Positions 53,847-64,000 of a stretch of 64,000 bases of DNA are shown here, piece after piece. The position numbers and the translations under genes were made by a program. Numbering within the stretch: the first letter of the stretch is position 1; each line of letters begins with the position of its first letter. The notes beneath the pieces were generated by a model, which worked only from the letters and a program-made list of their open reading frames with translations, ran no database searches and was not told where the DNA came from. Source of the stretch: Trichoplax adhaerens (lineage: Eukaryota; Animalia; Placozoa); NCBI RefSeq assembly GCF_000150275.1, contig NW_002060962.1, positions 1,047,205-1,111,204 on the forward strand, given 5' to 3'.

Positions 53847-56170
53847 TTTTGACAATAAAAAATTTGTTTTAGCTGATGTATTCTTCGAATGTTAAAAGTT
53901 TTTTTTAAATGACTTTAAAGAAGTTCTCTCAATAGCATATGCAATGTTAGTGAGCTCAAAGAAATTGTACTCCTCTTTACTTTTACCAGTAAGTTTTATT
54001 AGCTTTTATGAAATACATAATCGCATTATATTCTCTAAGCTATAATAATGTAATTGTTATAATACCATAAGGGGTTTTAATTACCGTCTTGCCTGCCCAA
54101 AATAAACAATCTTAAAGATTTAGCATCTTTCCCAGGTGTTTAACATATTCTTAGATGACAATATGAATACATATCGGCCGGCAAAAATTATTTTAATTTT
54201 ATAATAATATCACCAGCGCTAGTCAATATATCGTACAATATAGCGTGTAAAATTACTGCATGATGAAATCTGGTCGATCTATCTAATGTTGACATACGGT
54301 TATAAGAGGTATTACAATTAATAAAGGTATTATAGCAACGAATTCGTGAACATTCTAAAAGTACGATGCAGTCACGTGAACTAACTCTAGTTTAGCCTTA
54401 TTGCATTAGTATAATATTTGAAAATATCGAAATTGACTGCATAAGTGATATCATATGCTCTATTTTAATTATTTAGTATTCAGAGAATTAAAGATATTAA
54501 TTCGTGATGGAAATCATCATTTACGCTCACATAGGTCATGAAGGTTCTATTACGGAAAAGTTATGCTTTACACTAGAAATATCAAGAAATTGATGCCTTA
54601 ACGATGGAGAGTAATAGTCTGTATGACTAGGTATCCGCTAGACATTTACAGGCTATTTTATCTAGATTTGTTGTAGTCTACTAAGACACATATTGACAAT
54701 AGTAACTAGTTTCTGAACTAGTACATTTGATAACTGAAAATTAAACTATATAGCAAAATATACATTTCGTACGGCACTCCTTCCCAAAAAAGCTACGAAC
54801 ATAGTTCAACATGAAACACCACTTAATAACTACTTGCTAATAGCAGCTCAAAATTATAATACATCTTGTGGAATAGTAATTATGATAGCAAGACATGCAA
54901 TTACTGGACTTTTTGCCATGCTTAAGCTCTCTAACGTATAGACTTATAGATTTAAGCCGACCAAATTAAATTTCTTTGCTAAGCGCAAAGTTTTCGCATC
55001 AGAAAGGCCAATCTAGAAAATAATTTAGATATTTAATCTTCTCGAATGCCGTAACGTTTAACATTACCAACCAATTTTATACAATGAATGCTGAAAACTT
55101 AGATTGAACTATCTATATTTACTTTATGGACATATTTACTCCTTGTGAGCTATTACTTAAACTTATCCTACTAGAAATCCTAGGCGTATATAAGAGATTT
55201 CAAATTTCTAACGACTGAGGATCTGTCGAAAAAGATATTAACCTGAAGGATTATTCTTATCCAACCTTAATTCTTAATTTATTTGTTACTGCACCTTCTA
55301 TTCGGCCATCCACCTATAGCGATACTTACGAGTGTAAATGTTACTATTATTGGCATTAAAAATCTATTTTACTCTAGAATCAACTAAATTTTTGGTAAAA
55401 TTAACTAATAATGAAAGGATTTATTATCATGTTATTCTCATACAGATTTGATTTAGATTTAAAGTTTGTTCGTTATGGTCTAACTATTATCGTATGATAT
55501 AATACCGGTTTTATTATAACATTTCTGGCTTACATGAATATTAAACAACCTCTATAGCAATACAGTCTGTGTTTAGGCACTAGATATGTGCACAAGAAGG
55601 AAACACTGATATCAGGGGTTACACATCAGCTGGTAGTTTAATTGTGGTATCCAAAAGTCTTAAAATAATAAAGTGTTATTGTTATCGTATGATGATTTTA
55701 TATCTAAAGGCTTGGGCTATGTCATAAACAATGTATCTGTTGATATTTATCCAACAATTTATAAATGATTCCGAGATACAGCAGCTGCTAAGTGTAATTA
55801 GTAACCTACTTAATTAAGTAGTAGGAAGTATCAAGTTCTTTCGTATTTTTATGAATATCACATACATAATAGGAAGTACAGATTAGTCACAATAGCAATT
55901 TATCTTCATTACTCCTTTTAGTTTTTAAGATATTGGCATCATACTGATACGTAATTACTGCTATATTGCTAGATCATCAATATTAGATTCTTTTAATTGA
56001 AAGTTGTCCAAATTCATATATTGGTTTATTAATAATAAGCCACATTACTTTATATACAATAAAATGAAATGTTATAATTTATTCATAAAATGCAGATAAA
56101 ACATAGTAATGTGATGTATAACTATTGAGGATTTCTATTTATTGGCAGATTATATTTTAAATTGTGTGTA

Positions 56171-58386
56171 CTAAACAAGCTGGGGTGGATTAGCAGACAC
56201 TGGTTGAGGATACATCATAAATTGTCCATTTTGAGATGGTTGTGCATAAATACTTGCAGCAGGTGGATCAATATTTTCTGTCGGAAAAAATTAAAATTTT
56301 TGATTAGAGCGATTGCTCATACTTATTTTCAGAGGATCACTGATTATATAGTGTCAATTTTAAAATAAGTAAGAAACTTAATTCTGTTAGAACATAATAT
56401 CATTCGAAAAGCAGAATCTTAGTAATTTACGTTCACGACTTTGAACTTTCTAACAGTGATTATATTTGATATTGCAGTAATTAGCACTATAATATAGAAT
56501 AGTTCTTAAGTATTGCAAATGAAATTGTTGTAGTAATTAGACGAAAGCGATTTTATGTAGACTTTATTCAGGCATTCATTACGGTCGAGTACCAATAGTA
56601 GTGGTGAAGGAACTTGATAGACCGTAGCTAGGTTAAATTAAGATAAGTTTTCTTGAACGATTGACCAAAGTTTTTAAACTACAAACAACTGGATTAGATA
56701 CTTACCAGGTTATCATTACATTGCAAAGTGATTCTAATGACTTTTACAACCTCATCAACTGCAAAACTTTTCTTGCTTTAAGCAGGAATTGAATAAATTT
56801 TAAAGTCATAGATAAAATGCTCTATTACAGTAATAATTATAATAGCTGCAGAGTACATCCAACTTGAATTTTCAGCCTTCAAAATATTTAAGAAATGCGC
56901 ATACAATCTGTAAAGATATCGTTGCACAGGTACAGTATATCGCTACCTTAGTAGTGCAATATTCATAAAACTAGGAAATATTTTACCTGTTTGAATAGGA
57001 TACGGTTGGAATATTACCGTTTGATTTTGTATGTTCCCCTAAACCATTAGCAATTACAACAGTTTGTTACATATTTTATATGGTACTTTATGAAAGTCTA
57101 ATAAAATTCACAAGAACTGTCGAATTTGGTGATCGTTAACGTTTATTAAAGTCAATTTTATAATAGTGGCATAGATAATGAGTTGCAGCTAGCTTTATGA
57201 TTTATAATACTAATGCGATATTATGGCATACGCAAATGGCAACTGAAGGACATTGATTATCTTGCGGTAATACTACCAGGATGCGTGTAAACTGCATAAT
57301 ATTTATCTTGATAGAAGGTGATGAGCACATAATACAAAATAAACTATAATATTTTTTACTTACACTTTCAGCAGGTCGGCAGTAGATTGTACGTGAAAGG
57401 ATAATCATCATGGCTAAGGCTAAGGAAAAAACAACAACTCCTAAAAACATCGAGGCGATGTTATGCCAATACAAATAATGAGCACTGTGGGCAAACATAG
57501 ATGCCAATGAAATTCCAAATTGGAGTATGGAGAAAAATAAGCTGATTATTACAAAGGCATAGTAAGAGTTCATCTGTAATAAATTCAAACGTTATTAGTT
57601 ATTCAAGGCCCATATAGTATTCTATTAATAAGGCACTTTTAAAAGCTAATTATGGCGAGGGTATCTATATTAAAAGTCGCATTACTTAAAAGTATGTAAC
57701 GCCATATCAGACTTGAATATATCAATCAATTGCATATATCTTACCAAATGGTGATTGTCTTTATGAAAATGAATAGTAGCTGCAAAAATTCCACAAATGC
57801 AATACTAAAGAAATTAAATATTCTTCATGAATATCATTTAATGTTAGGCCAGTTGTAAATGGACCTGTTATTTTTGTCTGCTGATATCTTGACGGTTCAC
57901 CGATTACAGTACGATATTCATTGCACTACACGGTCGGTATACGAATTATTATTTATGAAATATGAATCAATACGGAAATACTGCCAAGATTTAAAAGTAT
58001 CAAATTATAGAATGCTAAAGTTTATTCATCAAGAATCAATAATATCAAAAATTTACTATTCATAAGTATATTTTAGTTTCTATAATCTCAATAGAATCAA
58101 GATAATTAGCAACAGAATTCATATTTAACCGAAAATTAAGTCATCTTACCGAAATCCCAACCCATATATCTAATGCTATGACAACAGAAGGGTTGTAGCA
58201 ATACCCATGGAAGCCGTATCCAATGCCACCTAAGATGATACTGACAAAGCCAATAACTGAAATGGTGATGCCGATTCCTAAAGATGTAGGACGCAAGTGC
58301 AATGGCAATAGGAAGTTGTTGTAATATCTTTGATAACTAAATGATTCTGGCTGGTACGGATGGTGCCCACTAATTTCAGCAGACAT
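56171..58386 (-). CDS. Array gene 10: short MS4A/CD20-like four-TM protein, ~221 aa; exons 58386-58150, 57804-57745, 57573-57364, 57038-56987, 56277-56171
   Basis: Canonical splice sites, open frame (666 nt), DIWVGIS|YCICG. Confidence 0.85.
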
Positions 58387-61300
58387 ATTGGATTAAGTTA
58401 CTAACAAATTTTATTGTAATGAAATAAGATAATTTATGGGCTAGAACCTGTGAAATTAAATCCAAGAGATAAAATAAGTCTTTGAACATTAGCATTCAAT
58501 ATCATAATTTCTTTGATAGTTTATCGTAGAATACGATTATATGATAGGTTAGGCTCGGTGATTACTCAAAATATCGGCAACGATCAATTGCATACGTAGT
58601 TAACAGAGTTTAAATTCAATCTAAGTATGTTTAAATCCTACAGCCCAGAGTACATATAGAATTTAATAAAGCACGTATTTCATTACAAAATAGTTATGAG
58701 CAACTGGTACGTCTTAATAATAATTCAAAAATATTTTTGATCTCTATCAGTACATATGCTTCTACTGGGCTAGAGGTAAAATTTCGATAAGAAAGATCGA
58801 TCTTACATTCAGGGCTTTACTTAGATCTATGAATCTTTTTGCTATTTTAAACGAGTGGAGTGAATTCTGCTTATAAGTTGACATTAATCTGATGACAAAG
58901 CAATAATTTAGAAATCAATTTGTTTGCGAATGGAAATTGATACTAGCCATTACAATTACTAAATTTTCTGCTTTTTCTTTCGGGCAAGAAATTCTTTTAC
59001 TGCTTTCAATATACCGGTATGTTACTTTTTATCGAAATCATTAGGCTGAAATGACAACAGAGTAATCGAGTATGTTGAAACATCAAAGAAATAAACTAGT
59101 TTCTAGGTATATTTTTAAATATAGTGATGCTGCCGACGAATGAATGTATTAGTACCAAAATTTTTCCATGGGTAGCATCATTTCGTATTAAAGATACGGA
59201 GGGTTATAAATTGTAAAGGAATAATTTTTACAACGAGCATCCGATTTGTCTTATGTATCAAGTCATAAATATTAGTGAAGTACATTTAGTACATACTTTT
59301 TAGGCCAGAATATGTGTTTCAGTGCAAGAAATATAATATGATGCTGGTCTTCCTCTACGTCTATTTTATTTTATCCTTTTTATCGGCGAGATGTACTTGG
59401 ATCTTGTAGCTTATAATAAATGTGGAATAGTCTGCAAGCTAATACGTGATATTCAGTAATTTAAAATCTTGAATAGTTTCTATAACGCTACGAACTATCC
59501 TTAAAGCCTTTCATGGACGATCAATTACACATTACTTCACATATTTCTTATTATACCGCACCTCTTAGATTCATGAGCGGTTATATCAGCTATGGTATAG
59601 CTAACAATAGCTATGACTTTACAATGCATCCATAACGCAGTAAGTAATTATTTGTTTATATTTTATTTTCAGAAACAGATCGAATGACTACATCAATAGC
59701 GTCATGGCAGAAAATAGCAATGTTCACATATTTAACCATATGGTTATAGAATACTCGAATTATACTAACAACACCATATAATGCGAAAGGGTAATTACAT
59801 AGTTTATAACATATTACTACATAAATACCAAGCTGTAGTGCTTACTGTAATTAATAGAAATTACTACACAAGCACATTATGTGGAATATTTCTAGACAAT
59901 AAACTCAATTAACAGATTATAAGTTGCACCAAAATAGCTGCATTTCACAATCTGCGTAAACATTCTTGACACTCAGCTACTTCCCGGTCAATCCTGATTA
60001 AAAAGGTGGGTCGGTTCTACGTTGCAAACCAATGTAGGTCTTCTAGGTGATAACTCCAAATTTTAAAATAGTGTAATAGCTTGTCTGCTACCACTTTTTA
60101 AGGTTCGTCGCCTATACGTTAAACATAGGCTATAAAATATGATCTACAATTGCTTTATTAACCATGATCGACTATTTCACGCCACATAAGCTTTATTTAT
60201 GCTATTATCGTACTAATGTACTAAAACACATAACTACTGTAGTTAGCTGAAATACTAGAATCACATCCTTTATATTATATGTTCAGCGTTATAGACGTCC
60301 TCGCATATTATCACTAATCTAAGCGTATGACATACGAATAGAATCATACCGTATCTGCATAGTTGAAATCATCTAAGAAAATTCATAACTAGGAGTAACC
60401 TAAAAGATCAGAGTTATAAAATCGCTTATGAAGGGGTAGAATCGTTATGTAAAGGGGCTCATAAACATAAAGCATCGGATAAAACGCGTTACCAGTCGCA
60501 ATAATTCGTTTACAGAGATTATTTTATTAACTTAAATCTGCCTACTTAAGGAATAGTGCTATTGCTAATAAATAGTAGCATTCATAATATGATTGGGCAA
60601 TTCAGTAATATAAGTAAATAACATCATTACGAGCAAGTTTTTTCTTAAGTAATACCATCTTTTTCATATTTTGCCTTCACATTATTTTTCGTTCATTGAC
60701 TTTGAAATCTATCCTTCCCTGTTACTATGTGAATTGAGACCTATCTATATCGTATCGAATAAATTCATTAGAAATAGCGTTGGAGGCTGCCGATGGTATT
60801 CGATTAGCAGATGGACTCGGATAATTATATGTTGAATCAGTTTTGGGAAGCAAAAAACAGGTTATCCCTCGTAACGCAAATAAATACCTATAAATTTCAC
60901 TTTTGAGTGTAAATTACTAGATTGACTTTAAAAATGGCTTCGCTATAATGTCACACTCTACTAATTACATTCTTATATATCATCGATATGCTTGCATTCG
61001 CTGTAAATATTTAAGGAGCTATGACTGCACTTGGTATAGCATGTATCACACACACTTGTACCGAAAATTACACAGATAAGATAGTTTCTGTATTCCTTCA
61101 CATTGATGTTTTATTACGTTTATTTCTTCCGAATATCAACAAGTACAACGCTACGTGAACTGAGAAAGATAAATTAAGAAACAAATAGTAAATCACAGTA
61201 ATGAAGATAATGTTTAATATACACGTATAATAGTTGCCATTATCTTGACCTTCTGATTCAAGATGATGGAAGTAGACTGAAAGGCATTTAAATCAGAATA

Positions 61301-61711
61301 AACTTTGAAGAATTATTAGTAGTTAATCATTACCCACTAATACATTTACAATGGCATCAGTTAAGATTCAGTTATGAACTCATATGCTAGCTTATAATAT
61401 ATAAAATTTTCTGATTACGAAAACGATAATGTTGTGTAAAGTCCAAGTGTGATAATTACTGATTTTACATGCATTTCAGCCGTAAAAGTTTAGAATTTCG
61501 TTTGCTAAATGGATATAGTATTGTCATCTCTCTACTACGACTACTTGAAGGAGGCGAAATACTGATATTTGGATAGCGTGACACAGAAATTAAAAGTGAG
61601 CTGCGATTTCATTTTTCTTTCGACGTGTGTGATCTTATCTATGCTACAGCATGATCAATTCCTTATTTGTTTATTCAACATTTCTTTAAAATTTTACAAT
61701 TTTCTGCTCTC

Positions 61712-63477
61712 TTATATTGAAGCCTCAGCTATGCCGGAATTGTATTTTGAATCTACGAAAAAGTAACTGGATGAAGAAGAAACGATGTTATTGTAGCTAT
61801 GGGAAGTTGAATCTATCAAGACATCATTTTGACCGCACTTAAGCATCAATTTCGTAAATGAAGTCGTAATTCGCTTGGAAAAATTAATTGCTTTATCTTC
61901 AGGAATTAATAGAATTAAGAAACTAAAGCTGATGAGAATTGCTCCAACAATTTTTAGGTTGTCAAATGCAATCTGATGGATTGCATTATCCACAATTGCA
62001 TTACCAGGTATTCCAAGGAGTAAGCCAATTGCCACATATATCGGATAACTAATTGCTGTTCCTAAGAATGTCAGACCAATAATAGCAACGCTTAAAGCAG
62101 AGGTCAGGTTAAGTGTATCCCAAGGCATTAAATCCCAGTTTATTGATTCAAATTCAGTAGCTGTAAAAATTAGTACAAATATCCACCCAGATAGCATAAC
62201 TGTCAAACTAACAGCGGTGAGTAATAGTAATGTCTTGCTTATACTAGCGTCAGGGAGTACTTTTTTCAGATACACCTATGCAAATTTAAAAAGTAAATAC
62301 AGGTAGAATTGATATATTAGCTTCGGTTTGAGATAGATTTAATGCTTTTATACTGCAAAGCATTTTATTTAGTTAGATCGACTCGCGAGGTTTTTTTCAA
62401 TAGACTAAATACTGCATATGATGCCAGTTTCTGCGTACTACCAAGAACTACGGTACCATTTACGTTACTCGCACAAATAAGAGCCGGTATAAACAGATAT
62501 AGAGAATTAATACCGACATCAGCTTCCTTGCTAAAAGTATTCAACTTTGATATTGCATGACTAAAACGCTTGATGCCTAAAAGGAGTGTTTTTAATTAAA
62601 GGATTACCCTGTACAAGGCCGACATTAGTGCTGATATCAACGTGATGACAATTCCTAACTCGTTGGAACCATTCTGCTTATATGAACCAGCATAAAATAG
62701 TACGCCCCCAATTGCTATAAAAATAGCCATAGTCTGTTGATGATAAAAATAGAAATAGCGGTATTGCTGATCAGTTTAACGGTATCAAATTGAGAATTAT
62801 AGGTAAAATAATTTGCAGAGTAGTAACTATAGTTTTAAATAAATGTTTGAAGTATTACCCGTATTAGTATCACAGGTTCTCGTAGCCAGGATACCGATAG
62901 AATATAGATCAGTGCGATATTTACACTTAAAATAGTTACGTAGTCAGTCAGCGAAACCATTTTGACAGCGTAGAAGAAAAAGCCATAAGTGCCAGTCAAA
63001 AAAATTGTTACTGGAATTATCTTGAAAATGAACCCTTTTAAGTATTGACCCTGATACTGTAAAACAACTGAATCTTCCCTATATCCAATATAATTTAACA
63101 ATTATTATGAATTTAGGGAGTAATATTTACAAAACATCTATATCCAAAGCAATAAATGATACTTTAATACTCACTTCCACATATCTTTTAATGATTTCCC
63201 AAATAACATGCCAATCGGACAGTAGATCGGATAACATATGATTGTCCATGATCTCGAATACCTGTTATACGAATGAGATAACAAAATCGATAGCATCAGT
63301 AAACCATAATTTTATGTGTTTGTCTTTTAAACTTACCAAGTTGCGAATGCAATAGCAGTAAAATTTCCTGATGTTAGATCGCGTACAAATTGACCTTCTA
63401 GCACAACAGAGACTGCTAATAATAGTACTGCGAATAAACCAGTTGAAGATTTGATAGAATAGTGACTGCAACGTCGC
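61712..63477 (-). CDS. SLC35F-like (EamA/DMT superfamily) multi-pass transporter, 5' end unresolved; exons 63477-63337, 63261-63175, 63078-62859, 62733-62608, 62275-61712
   Basis: The spliced frame is open. Motifs FTAIAFATWYSRSW, YILSVSWLRE, SALYRVYLKK and YPIYVAIGLLLGIPGNAIVD resemble SLC35F3/F4. Confidence 0.75.
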
Positions 63478-64000
63478 CTACAAGTTTCATTTTCTAATTT
63501 AATTTATTAAAAAATATTATACCTCTTTAGTGAATGTGGATATTATAGTTAACCGTAAGATCTAGATCGTTATAACAGTATAGCATTTACAGCAAGCAAT
63601 GATATTAAATATAATCATTACATAAGAATTTTAAAAATTGTATACCGTAATTCGTTAGAACGCATATATTATAATAATCGATAACAAACAATGTTATCCT
63701 CTAACATTGCTGTTTTCCTGCACTTTGCAAAGAAATTATCTTCAACCAACATTACGTTCGCAGGTTACAAGTTGTACGAAAAGACGAAATAACTAATCAA
63801 TTGACTTGATAATACAGCTGAACTGATTTTAGCTATGATAGTTATGAGAAAGGTGGTAGGTTAATGTAACTGTACTAAGATTGAATTTATTCTAATTAAG
63901 AAAGACTTCTAACAACTGTACTTTGCTGACTTTAAGCATCGAAACTGAAATTGCATTTGTTATATAGGTATTACAACAATAATTATAAGCTGACCATACG

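Noticed and set aside
63523-63600. First coding exon of the SLC35F-like gene
   Set aside because: The required frame has a stop just upstream and the intron would be only 45 bp, so the start is left unresolved.

Overview
AT-rich (roughly 30% GC by eye) eukaryotic genomic DNA with short GT-AG introns. The style is compatible with a compact invertebrate genome such as a placozoan, but that is inference only. Most of the window is one tandem array of 11 paralogous four-transmembrane genes resembling the CD20/MS4A family: four on + (the first partial), then seven on -. They share a five-coding-exon plan (60-66 nt exon 2, 210 nt exon 3, intron phases 0,0,0,1), Gln/Pro-rich cytoplasmic tails, and a hypervariable Tyr/His-rich loop between TM1 and TM2. 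Five complete copies look intact; five are truncated or pseudogenised. One is broken by a 5-bp TACAG insertion that forms a TA-CAG-TA Tc1/mariner-type excision footprint, and one takes its stop codon from an inserted LTR. The array carries seven solo LTRs from four families with 5-bp target-site duplications, plus a nested LTR cluster with a tRNA-Leu primer-binding site. An SLC35F-like (EamA/DMT) transporter gene closes the window. All exon calls, translations and counts were made by hand.
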